From positions 36,090-100,089 of the forward strand of contig DCAE01000047.1 of assembly GCA_002311385.1 (NCBI GenBank): a DNA stretch of 64,000 bases. The letters are read 5' to 3'. How positions within the stretch are numbered: the stretch's first letter is position 1; each line of letters starts with the position of its first letter. This stretch comes from Dehalococcoidia bacterium UBA1141 (GTDB taxonomy: Bacteria; Chloroflexota; Dehalococcoidia; Lucifugimonadales; UBA3495). Below are positions 49,874 through 58,787 of the stretch, one piece after another. The notes below the pieces were generated by a model that worked only from the letters and a program-made list of their open reading frames with translations, was not told where the DNA came from and searched no databases. Made by a program: the position numbers and the translations under genes.

Positions 49874-51207
49874 TTACGCAACCCCGGTTATGTTGTACTG
49901 CAGGGCCGTGTGAGTAGCCGTGGAGCGGCTGCCGGTGCGCTCTTGCAGGGCGATGCGGAAACTAACCACCATGATGTTTTGGCGCTTCTGCGGGTCCCGG
50001 ACGGTTTCGATGGTGAGCTCCCGTTTGAATCCCACCCGCCATTGACTCCGGTTGACCGCCAGCAATCGGCCCGTGTCGCTGCCGTTGCCAGCATCCGTGA
50101 CCTTGCCGTCGGTGTCAGCCAACTTCATCAGCTCGGATACGATGACCGGTATGCCTTCCACCGCTCCCAACTGTCCGGTCAAGACGGTCGCCTGAGGGCC
50201 GAACTTGTCCAACGTGCGGAAGTTATCGATGCTGAGAGCCCGAATAAAAGTGTTCACATCGGTGATGTAAGCGGTGTCCGACGGGCGCACGCCATACTTG
50301 CCCATCTTGGTGCAGATTTCATTGAACATGTCATCGGATACTCCACCGGCGTGGTTGTTGGCCTGTCCTGTGTTATCCACGAGGGGCAGGTGGAGCAACC
50401 CGTCGAAGCCCAATAGCCATTGCCCTTTCCCGGCGTCGATGACGGCAATCGTTGCACCGTCCGCATTTATGTTGTTGGTGACGGTGGTGTCGCCATTTAG
50501 GATGACGTCGTCGATAACTTCCCTGGCGTTTCGGAGCAGACCCCGCCGTAATTCCTCCATCATGGCGATGACCGAGTCTTCGTCCAACTCATACGACCAA
50601 GGCACCTCGGCCACCAATTCGTAGGCCGTTAGCGTTTGCCGGGCGGTGGTGAGGGAGGAGCTCTTGGTCGCCACGTTCTCAGTGCCCGGATACCAGTTGA
50701 CGTCGCTCAACTGCAGAGGGATCTGGAAAGGATTGCTGGGCATCTGTATCGTGTTGAACAGAGGGGCTACAGCGGTCTCCAAGTTGACGTCGCTCACAGA
50801 GCCCGGGCTTCCTGAGTATCCACCAACTCGTCGCCGGTGTCCGCCGTTGTCGAGTCCATGGCGGCTTTGAAATTTCCTTGCCAATCCTCCAGCATTCAGG
50901 GATTCAAGCCGGAGGGCTCACGAACCTGGGCGGTCAACAGACTCCGAACGCAAGCCATGTCCAGCAAGTCCAGGCCCAAATATTTGCCATAGGGCACGCG
51001 GACCCGGTCTCCGTCGGTGTATTTGGCCAAGATCGACCGCTTCTCGCCGTCCCGCCAAGCGTTCTGCACCCGCCCCAATTCCGACACGATGCGCCCCACT
51101 TCCTCTTTAAGCGGCGTCAATTCGGCATCCATGCGAGATTGGTAGAAATCTCGGATGCCCGCCATCTCCCGCTTGATGAGTTCCATGTCCTGTGTTCCGA
51201 TGGTCAT
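49874..51207 (-). pseudogene. HK97-fold major capsid protein disrupted by a TGA (50896-50898) and a 1-bp frameshift (~50794)
   Basis: Reconstructed reading: ...SGLNP*MLEDWQGNFKAAMDSTTADTGDELVDTQEARAL/SDVNLETAVAPLF...SYELDEDS...DDVILNGD...GIPVIVSE. Confidence 0.85.
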
Positions 51208-51318
51208 TTATGCCTCCTAATGCGATTATTGTTGTGAGTAAACCGCTTGCAAGTTGCCCGTCCGCTTAATCCTCATACTTCCGGCTCGTGACCGTTTCCG
51301 GTTCCCTAATTAATAATG

Positions 51319-52266
51319 TTAGCTGCGGCACTCCCTCAGCAGTTCCAGGATTTCCAGCACTCCGTTCTCGTCCCTTGGGTAAAATTCGCTAGGGGAAATC
51401 GCCCTTTCCACCCCCTCAGCTTCCTGAACCAGTTCTTGCGCCAGTTTTGCCATGTCGTCTATTCGGGCCGAGATTACGCTCCACATGAACTCAAAGGCCG
51501 GGCCTCCGGCATTTATGGAATTGGAGCGCGCACGGAGACCGGTGCCGGAAGGGCTCTCACCAGCAGAGGTTGTCCCACCTAGGCAATGACGCAGGTATTC
51601 CGCGGTCAATGGAGCCTCGTCTAAAGCTCGCTTCAGTGCGCTGCGGTTGGCGGGCACCGGGACGGCGCTCACCTCCAGAAGCTCTTGCTCCAAGAAGCGG
51701 ATCCCCAGCAGGGCTCCCGATTTTTCGTCCCTCCGCTCCTCGAACTTCAGCGGCTTGAACCCTACGGAGACGCCCCGTTGGTAGCCAGCTTGGTACAGGC
51801 TCGATACCTCTTGGGCGAAGGCGGTAGGAGCGAAATCCACCCGGGCCAGCAGCCTATGGGGTTCCAGCCACGTTTCCACCGCCCGACCGATTACGGGACG
51901 GGCATAATCGTGGGCCCAGAGGAAAACCGGGTTCTTTCTGTAAGAGTCCAGGTTCCAGCCCGCAGTTGCGATGACATCGCCGTGCCGGTCCACCTCATCG
52001 GTTGAGAGAACGAATGAAATGGAGTTCGGCTGATGTGATTTTGGGCGGGAAGCTGGGTCATCGCTGTTGGGGTAATCCGAGTTTTCGGTGACTGGATCTA
52101 GGGTGGCCGTCTGGTTGCCGGGATCAAACCACTTGCGTAACAATGGAGCATCACCCACTCCCTTGCGATTGGCCTCCAGCGCTTCCAATAGCCTCTCCCT
52201 ATGCCAGGAATTCATGGCCAAAGGGTCCTGTTCCAACATGCCACCCCCTTTTCGACGTTCCATCAA
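51319..52266 (-). CDS. HK97-family prohead protease
   Basis: STDEVDRHGDVI...GW, NPVFLWAHDY..PVIG, GVSVGFKP, ELLEVSAVPVPAN. Confidence 0.9.
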   Translation of the reverse strand: MMERRKGGGMLEQDPLAMNSWHRERLLEALEANRKGVGDAPLLRKWFDPGNQTATLDPVTENSDYPNSDDPASRPKSHQPNSISFVLSTDEVDRHGDVIATAGWNLDSYRKNPVFLWAHDYARPVIGRAVETWLEPHRLLARVDFAPTAFAQEVSSLYQAGYQRGVSVGFKPLKFEERRDEKSGALLGIRFLEQELLEVSAVPVPANRSALKRALDEAPLTAEYLRHCLGGTTSAGESPSGTGLRARSNSINAGGPAFEFMWSVISARIDDMAKLAQELVQEAEGVERAISPSEFYPRDENGVLEILELLRECRS

Positions 52267-52293
52267 TCATTGGGGTTTTTCAAGTCGCCAGGC

Positions 52294-52331
52294 AACAAAA
52301 ACGGGACACACTCATTCAGGGTGTGTCCCGT
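52294..52331 (-). terminator. Terminator-like hairpin in the leader of the phage head operon
   Basis: 11-bp stem acgggacacac/gtgtgtcccgt followed by TTTTGTT on the minus strand. Confidence 0.7.
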
Positions 52332-52409
52332 GGGCATCGCTCTTGGTCGATTATCTGACTAGCCGGGCCGCTGGCTAGATTGTGACTTTCATTTAATTTG
52401 TTATCATTG

Positions 52410-52439
52410 AGGTTAATGACGGGATTTGCGGACTGTCAA
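52410..52439 (-). promoter_or_regulatory. Putative promoter of the phage head operon
   Basis: TTGACA-18 nt-TAACCT. Confidence 0.5.
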
Positions 52440-52532
52440 TCCGGTTTTGACACGAAATGATCAGTGCATCTTAAGGGCAATGATTAGACTCGGAAAAACG
52501 CCAAAAATCGGACACTTTAGCTTCGTCTGGCG

Positions 52533-52561
52533 TTGACCTTTGATTTTGCGTGTGATAACCT
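52533..52561 (+). promoter_or_regulatory. Putative promoter of the hesB-like gene
   Basis: TTGACC-17 nt-TAACCT. Confidence 0.5.
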
Positions 52562-52627
52562 CAAAAATAATCCAAGATTGGGTATTTTCACCAATTGGTT
52601 ATTCTGTGAGGAGCGTGTTTACACGTT

Positions 52628-52975
52628 ATGGAAATTACTACATTGGCGATCGAGAAACTTAAGGAAGTTTTGGACGAACAGGGCGAAGACAGCGGTTCCC
52701 TGCGAGTGATTGCGATGCCAGCCGAAAACGGTGGGCTTCAGTATATGCTGACCATGGAAAAAGAAACCCAGACCGACGACACCATATTGGACGTTGAAGG
52801 CGTCAAATTTTTGATGGACTCGGACAGCGTTCCGTTTTTGGAAGAAGCCACGATAGATTACGTCGAGAACTTCGGCGGCCAGGTTGGATTCGTAATTAAC
52901 AATCCCATGTTTGCCTCGGGCGGCGGCTGCGGAAGCGGATGTGGTTGCGGCAGCGGTGGTTGCGGCGGTCATTAG
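52628..52975 (+). CDS. HesB/IscA/ErpA-family Fe-S carrier-like protein
   Basis: ITTLAIEKLKE, D..S.PFLEEATIDYVE, GFVINNP, C-terminal CGSGCGCGSGGC. Confidence 0.85.
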   Translation: MEITTLAIEKLKEVLDEQGEDSGSLRVIAMPAENGGLQYMLTMEKETQTDDTILDVEGVKFLMDSDSVPFLEEATIDYVENFGGQVGFVINNPMFASGGGCGSGCGCGSGGCGGH

Positions 52976-53010
52976 CTGACCTCCTCCAAGATACTTTCTT
53001 ACGTGAATCG

Positions 53011-53048
53011 AACGGGGCTTCTTGCTTAAAAGAGGCCCCGTTTTTGTT
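53011..53048 (+). terminator. Intrinsic terminator after the hesB-like gene
   Basis: aacggggcttctt/aagaggccccgtt stem plus T tract. Confidence 0.8.
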
Positions 53049-53236
53049 GCCTGAACTTCGTATGAATCTACTGCGTCGCCAACCGTGGCGGCAGAATCCT
53101 TGCCTCTGTGCATTGACTGGCTTTGATACCTTACCCATAATGCTTCCAGGTACTCAAGGTGACCCGAACTCCCCATTTCCGCATCAGAACCCCGTTGAAG
53201 GTACGATTTTACAATCGCAATATTTTGGAGACGACC

Positions 53237-55003
53237 ATGTCAAACTCACCTCATAGCGATCGCTTTGAAGCCCACAGGCCAGTGGTCATGGGACGCAACG
53301 GAATGGTGTCATCCGGACACCCATTGGCCTCCCAGGCAGGCATAGCCATCATGCAGAAGGGCGGAAATGCCGTAGATGCCGCCATCGCCACCGCTGCTGC
53401 ATTATCCGTTGTGGAGCCCCTGATGTCTGGCATCGGCGGCGACGGTTTCATCATGGTCTATCAGAAGGAATCCGACCTACTGGAAATAAGCAATGGCACC
53501 GGCGCAGCCCCCTATGCCGCAACTAGGGAGCGTTTCAGCGCTGAAGGCATACCCGATAAGGGCATTCTCTCAGTCTCGGTCCCCGGCCTCCTACACAGCT
53601 GGCTGGATGCCCACGAAAAGCACGGGACATTGCCTCTGAGCGAGCTTTTTGCCCCGGCCATAGACCTGGCGAAAAACGGTTTCCCCGTCAGCCATGTGTT
53701 GTCAAAAGCAATCGCCTCCGACCCGCTCATCTGCCAGTTCCCTACGTCCAAGGCGGTTTTCACACGGGACGGCCGGCCATTGCAACCGGGGGAGATGCTG
53801 TACCAAAAGGACTTGGCCAGTACCTTTAAATCCATTGTCGCCGGTGGCAGGAAGGTTTTCTACGAAGGGGCAATCGCCGAGGCCATCGTGAGATTCAGCG
53901 AAGAGCAAGGCGGGCTACTTACTATGAAGGACATGGCCGACTGCCGGGCTCGTTGGGAAGTACCCATCGCGACTTCTTATAAGGGCCACACGGTGTATGA
54001 AGCACCGCCAAACTCCAGTGGACACATCCTGCTCCAAGAATTGAACATCGTGGAGCAGTTTGACCTGAAATCGCTGGGCTGCAACAGCGCCGAGAGCATC
54101 CACCTGATGGTGGAAGCGAAGAAACTGGCATTCATCGACCGGGAAGCTTATGTCGCCGACCCGGAATTCGTAAACGTCCCGACGGCGGCCTTGATTTCCA
54201 AGGAATACGCCGTCCAACGAGCACAAGAGATTGACCAAGCCAAAGCAGCCCAATCCGTAGAGCCCGGAGACCCATGGCCTTTTGTGAAGGATGGCCGTAA
54301 ACCGGAAACCGCCAAAGCCGGTGCCGTCGCCCGACCTGCCGAAGTCGAAGAGGACACCACCTGCTTTGTGGTCGTGGACCGGTGGGGCAATGCGGTTTGC
54401 CAACTGCAGAGCATCCAAAGCGCATGGGGTTCCCGTTTGATTGCTGGTGATACCGGGATTCTCCTCAATAACAGGATGACTTACTGGCACATGGATCCTG
54501 ACCACGTTGACTGTCTTGAGCCGGGCAAGAGGGTCCGCCACACCATGAACCCTGTCATGGTGTTCAAAAACGACTCATCTCATGACAATGCGCAAAACGG
54601 CTCCCAGGTCAACGGGTCTGCCAAGAAGGGTGGAGCCAGGCAATTGGTATTGGTCTGTGGCACCCCCGGCGCAGACACTCAGGTGCAGACCAATATGCAG
54701 GTAATCACCCACATTCTGGAATTCGGCATGACGGTGGCTGAGGCAGTGGAAGCTCCCCGTTGGAGAAACGCCCATAGCCCCACCGAATCCAGCCTGCCTC
54801 ATGAATGCGACAATCTGCTGTATGTGGAGAGGCGATTCCCCGACCAGGTGCTGGAAGGACTTAAATCCAAGGGGCATGTGCTGGACATCATCGGAGATTG
54901 GGAAGGCAAGGGCAGCGAGGTAATGATTCAGGTTGACCCAGAAACCGGTGTGCTCTCCGGAGCAGCCGACCCCCGCCGTGACGGTTACGCCATAGGCTGG
55001 TAG
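53237..55003 (+). CDS. ggt: Gamma-glutamyltransferase family Ntn-hydrolase
   Basis: GGNAVDAAIA, SGIGGDGF, DTTCFVVVDRWGNAV, LNNRM, PGKRVRHT, GTPGA, ADPRRDG. Confidence 0.9.
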   Translation: MSNSPHSDRFEAHRPVVMGRNGMVSSGHPLASQAGIAIMQKGGNAVDAAIATAAALSVVEPLMSGIGGDGFIMVYQKESDLLEISNGTGAAPYAATRERFSAEGIPDKGILSVSVPGLLHSWLDAHEKHGTLPLSELFAPAIDLAKNGFPVSHVLSKAIASDPLICQFPTSKAVFTRDGRPLQPGEMLYQKDLASTFKSIVAGGRKVFYEGAIAEAIVRFSEEQGGLLTMKDMADCRARWEVPIATSYKGHTVYEAPPNSSGHILLQELNIVEQFDLKSLGCNSAESIHLMVEAKKLAFIDREAYVADPEFVNVPTAALISKEYAVQRAQEIDQAKAAQSVEPGDPWPFVKDGRKPETAKAGAVARPAEVEEDTTCFVVVDRWGNAVCQLQSIQSAWGSRLIAGDTGILLNNRMTYWHMDPDHVDCLEPGKRVRHTMNPVMVFKNDSSHDNAQNGSQVNGSAKKGGARQLVLVCGTPGADTQVQTNMQVITHILEFGMTVAEAVEAPRWRNAHSPTESSLPHECDNLLYVERRFPDQVLEGLKSKGHVLDIIGDWEGKGSEVMIQVDPETGVLSGAADPRRDGYAIGW

Positions 55004-55035
55004 ACAGGCTATTTCACGATGAAAGATTTAACCAG

Positions 55036-55506
55036 ATGAGAATACCCGGTGAAAAAAGAAGCGCTTACCCCGACGAGTGCGGCCAGGTTGCCGGCACATT
55101 CGCCGAAGCCATCCGAGACAACCAGATGGATTTGGCTTGGTCCATGCTGTCCAAAGAGACGAAAGGGATGCGCATGGGGGTCTGGTCCACCCGCAACAAC
55201 ATCGACATGCAGATTGCCTACCGAGCCGCCTACGAACCTGATCACCCTCAACGCAGCGCCATGCTGGAGGACTTTCGGGAAACGGTTCTCCGCCTCTGGC
55301 CCCTAGAAGATTTGACCGACTTGGGGGTTTCCCCCACCAGCTACCTGGACGACGACCACGCTTTCGCCTTCTTGCCCTTTGGCGCTTCTACAGTTCCTCA
55401 ACAGACCGCCCGCCGCCGCTTGTTGAACGGCCTAATCCTGCCCATGCTGCATGAAGATGGGGAGTGGAGAATCGACCTGCCCGGTTGGCGGTTCTTAGAC
55501 TCCTGA
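55036..55506 (+). CDS. Hypothetical protein
   Basis: Co-oriented ORF filling the gap after ggt; ends with EDGEWRID (NTF2-like pattern). Confidence 0.65.
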   Translation: MRIPGEKRSAYPDECGQVAGTFAEAIRDNQMDLAWSMLSKETKGMRMGVWSTRNNIDMQIAYRAAYEPDHPQRSAMLEDFRETVLRLWPLEDLTDLGVSPTSYLDDDHAFAFLPFGASTVPQQTARRRLLNGLILPMLHEDGEWRIDLPGWRFLDS

Positions 55507-55528
55507 AGGCTAATTACGAGGAACAGGC

Positions 55529-55825
55529 ATGAAGCGACAAGAAGAAAATTCGGTTTGCGAATTATGCCTGAGGGAGCCAGAGAAGTTCACGGTGCACCAC
55601 TTGGTGCCGCGCTCCCAAGGTGGGAAGTTCGGCCCGAAAGCCAAGCTTTGCCCCACCTGCCACCGCCAGTTACATGCCCTATTTTCCGAAGCGACCTTGG
55701 CCAAGGAACTGCGGTCCTTGGACCAAATCAGAGCTAACCCTGAAATGACTGGTTACTTAAGCTGGGCACGCAAGCAAAAAGGCCCTACCAACTTTCGCGT
55801 GCGGCGATCCAATAACCGGCGCTGA
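55529..55825 (+). CDS. Small stand-alone HNH endonuclease-like protein (YisB-like)
   Basis: CELC...TVHHLVPRSQGG...LCPTCHRQLH. Confidence 0.85.
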   Translation: MKRQEENSVCELCLREPEKFTVHHLVPRSQGGKFGPKAKLCPTCHRQLHALFSEATLAKELRSLDQIRANPEMTGYLSWARKQKGPTNFRVRRSNNRR

Positions 55826-55905
55826 CGGCCCCTGACTGCCTTCAAGCACATTCACCGACAACCTGCCTTGTGTATCTGAGAGCCAGATAATATACTCCCA
55901 TTGCC

Positions 55906-56589
55906 ATGGCGGAACAGCAAGACATACCACCGGACAATCTCCACGATGATTTGGTAGAACTGCCACTCTTCCCATTGAATGTGGTGCTATACCCAGGCAT
56001 GGTCTTGCCGTTGCACATCTTCGAGGAGCGCTACAAGGCCCTGATGGGAGACTGTATCGAGCGGGAGGAACCATTTGGCGTGGTGCTTATCAAAGAAGGA
56101 CCGGAGGTAGGTGGGCCCGCCGAGCCATTCGCCATTGGCACCAGCGCCAGAATAACCACGGTGGACCGGCTGGAAGATGGGAGAATGAACCTGCTAACTT
56201 CTGGGGGAGAAAAGTTCGAGACGGTGGAGATAACGCAGCAAGTACCGCACTTAGTTGGACGGGTACGCTACCTGGAAGACCTGCCGGGGGAAGACCGACC
56301 GGCGCTGGTAACCGAAGTAGGGGAGCAGTACACAATTTTCCTGAGGAACCTATCCTCTCTTTCCGGCGGTTGGGCCGCCAATGCGCAGATTCCTCAAGAG
56401 CCAATATCCTTGGCTTATGGGGTGGCCTCCAATCTTGACCTTCCCCGTCCCATCCGGCAGGAGTTGCTGGAGTTGGCTACGGCTATGGAGCGATTGGAAC
56501 GATTGCTGCCGCTGCTAAAGCGGGGAAACGGCATCTTGTTGGAGCAGGTGGAACTGCGCAACCCTTTCAAGGGCCCGCGCCTCAATTAA
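55906..56589 (+). CDS. Lon protease N-terminal (substrate-binding) domain protein
   Basis: LPLFPLNVVLYPG..LPLHIFEERY, DGRMNL, RQELLE. Confidence 0.9.
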   Translation: MAEQQDIPPDNLHDDLVELPLFPLNVVLYPGMVLPLHIFEERYKALMGDCIEREEPFGVVLIKEGPEVGGPAEPFAIGTSARITTVDRLEDGRMNLLTSGGEKFETVEITQQVPHLVGRVRYLEDLPGEDRPALVTEVGEQYTIFLRNLSSLSGGWAANAQIPQEPISLAYGVASNLDLPRPIRQELLELATAMERLERLLPLLKRGNGILLEQVELRNPFKGPRLN

Positions 56590-56607
56590 CTTGGCCTCAA
56601 ATACCCG

Positions 56608-57546
56608 CTAGGTTATCTTGGTTAAGTCCCCGTAAAGCCGCAGCGCCCCTTTCTCGGGAACCATGTCTGAGAATATCTCCGGGTGAATCATCTCAGCCAT
56701 GATTTCCAAACCATCCACCAGTCTGGGTCCCGACCGGCTGGTATAGGCGCCCGCATCGATAACGTAAACTCGGTTATTGATAACCGCAGGCAGTGATGCC
56801 CAGCCCTCTTGTTTCGCCAACAGCGGCACATCCTCCAGCGCCCTTTTAACGTCGAAGCCGCAGGGCATCAGGATTATCACATCGGGTTTACTATCCACCA
56901 CCTCAGCCCACTCCAACTTAAACGACCCCTTTTCTTTATCGCCGAAGCAATTAATTCCGCCGGCCATTTCAACCATTTCCGGCACCCAGTGGCCGCCGCA
57001 CATCAAGGGATCAACCCATTCCAAGTGCAGCACCCGGGGATGGGTTTGGGCATTGGCAGCGGCCTGGGCAACGGCGTCGAGCCGTGCCTGCATGCCTGCC
57101 GCCATGGCCTCCGCCGCTTCGTCGGCACCGGTGGCCCGACCCACTCTACGGATATCTTCCAGCACGTCGCCGACATATTGGGGGTCCAAGGACAAGACCT
57201 CTGGTTCTTTGGGAAGAGAGACACTGGCCTCGGCTACCTGCCGAGATGAAATGGCTCAAACCTCGCAGATGGCTTGAGTCAGCAACAGGTCCGGTTGAGC
57301 AGCGGCCAAAATCTGCTCGTCAATGTCGTAGATGCCCAGTCCTTGCTCCAACCTTTCGGAGATGATTCGGCTAATCTCGCCGCTGCTGGGCGGGTCGGCG
57401 TCATCGAACACACTATGCACCACCCGGGGTTTGTTTCTAGAGTCGGGCGGATAGTCGCACTCGTGGGTAACGCCGTACAACTGGTCTTGCAGTCCCAGGC
57501 CGTAGACGATTTCCGTGGCGCTGGGCAAGAAGGAACAAATTCTCAT
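56608..57546 (-). CDS. BtuF-like cobalamin/Fe-siderophore ABC substrate-binding protein; predicted selenoprotein (UGA at 57256-57258)
   Basis: [33 protein letters not shown] in frame with LEWVDP...GHWVPEM...PCGF...[10 protein letters not shown]; SECIS-like hairpin 57229-57245. Confidence 0.85.
57229..57245 (-). promoter_or_regulatory. Putative SECIS hairpin of the BtuF-like gene
   Basis: CUCGGC-AGGUA-GCCGAG; loop 16 nt after UGA. Confidence 0.7.
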
Positions 57547-57581
57547 GTAATCCTCGGTTGTGCGATTGCAGCTTACTTACG

Positions 57582-58016
57582 CTAGTGGTTTTCGGTATGA
57601 GACACCAACTCCACAGTGGTTTCTGCGGTCGCCACGGCGACCGAACCGTAGAGGGGTCAACGCTTTTTCCAGGTTTCCACCAACTCGAATGCTTGGTCAT
57701 CGTCGACGCCCCACATCTCGAAGTTGATTTTGATTGCGTCGTAGAGAGTGATGTCCCCGGCGGGTTTATCCGAGTCCCGCCAAGCTTCTACCCCCACATC
57801 CATCCAATCCAGGGTGATGTTCCCCGTGTTGGCCAATCTCTCCACCATGTTCACCGCACAAGCGGCGATGCCGGAAAAGAAAAGCTCACCGGCACCCACC
57901 TCTTCTCCACCAGCGTCGTCGGCAACGAAGTGATGAGTACGAGCGTTGCAGATGGCCCGGCCCAAGGTCTTTGTGCTGTAGCTTCGTACTTTGTAAGCCA
58001 TGGTCAGGTTGCTCAT
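57582..58016 (-). CDS. OsmC-like protein; predicted selenoprotein (UGA at 57657-57659)
   Basis: ELFFSGIAACAVN (first Cys), WKKR-U-PLYGSV at the second Cys position; frame continues 24 codons to TAG; SECIS-like hairpin 57626-57643. Confidence 0.85.
57626..57643 (-). promoter_or_regulatory. Putative SECIS hairpin of the OsmC-like gene
   Basis: CGGUCGC-CGUG-GCGACCG; loop 20 nt after UGA. Confidence 0.7.
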
Positions 58017-58102
58017 ATGGCCCTCCCTAATACTTGGTTAGCGATAAAATGTCTTAGATATAATCCGCCGACCTCAGGCGACCAGCATCCGGCTTACGGC
58101 CT

Positions 58103-58615
58103 TTAAGGCGACACCCGATACGCGAAGCATTCCACGATTTCGATGGCCAGGGGTTTTTGGGCCAAGCCGGTTGTGCCGATTACCGCCCGGCATGGCGGAT
58201 TGGGCATGAACTCCCGATAGACTTGGTTCAGCAGAGACCAGTTTTCCATGTCGGTCAAGAACACCATCAAGGTCACCACACGACTAAAGCTGGTGGAGGC
58301 CGCCTTTAATGTGGCATCCACGTGCCTAAAGGCCGCCCTGTATTGCTCCTCGTCCGTTTCTCCCACCATCACGCCGTCAAACCCGGATGGAGTGGTTCCC
58401 CGGCACAGTACCTTCACCGCTTTGACTTTGAGAAACCGGGTGAAATCTTCCTCGAAATAATCGCTGTACAGTCCGGTGCGATAGGACTCAATATTGGTAG
58501 TATGGCCCCGACCGTCGGCTATGATTAGATCCAGTAGTTGGTCCCTTTCGACCATGGGCAATGCCTGGGCTTCGGCGATTTCCAACGCATCCAAATCCGC
58601 CAACGTCAGCGCCAT
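58103..58615 (-). CDS. RidA/YjgF family protein with N-terminal extension
   Basis: EQ....F......LKAA......VV...VFLTDM......NQVYREF....PCR......L......IEI. Confidence 0.8.
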   Translation of the reverse strand: MALTLADLDALEIAEAQALPMVERDQLLDLIIADGRGHTTNIESYRTGLYSDYFEEDFTRFLKVKAVKVLCRGTTPSGFDGVMVGETDEEQYRAAFRHVDATLKAASTSFSRVVTLMVFLTDMENWSLLNQVYREFMPNPPCRAVIGTTGLAQKPLAIEIVECFAYRVSP

Positions 58616-58707
58616 GATTCGGCTCCTGAATAATGGGATATTGGTAGTAAACTTAAGCTAGCCGGACCGGTGCAGATCAAGGACGACCGGAAATTGCCCT
58701 TTCGTTT

Positions 58708-58737
58708 TTGACACACGAGTGGCCCCATGCCTATCAT
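58708..58737 (+). promoter_or_regulatory. Putative promoter of queFCE
   Basis: TTGACA-18 nt-TATCAT. Confidence 0.55.
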
Positions 58738-58787
58738 GTTGTTAATAAACACGCCCCATTTGGGGGATATTCCCAGGAGGGAACTCC

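Larger units (their letters stand above)
46719..52266 (-). mobile_element. Defective HK97-type phage head gene cluster (prophage remnant or GTA-like element)
   Basis: Co-oriented prohead protease, broken major capsid, small structural genes and truncated head-tail connector; no integrase, terminase, portal or tail genes in the window. Confidence 0.8.

Noticed and set aside
50896-50898. TGA in the capsid gene as a fourth selenocysteine
   Set aside because: No Cys-type motif, no clear downstream hairpin, and a frameshift follows 100 bp later; better explained as a nonsense mutation.
55529-55825. HNH protein as the phage packaging nuclease or a homing element
   Set aside because: It lies 3 kb outside the cluster on the opposite strand within a housekeeping run and resembles stand-alone YisB-like proteins.
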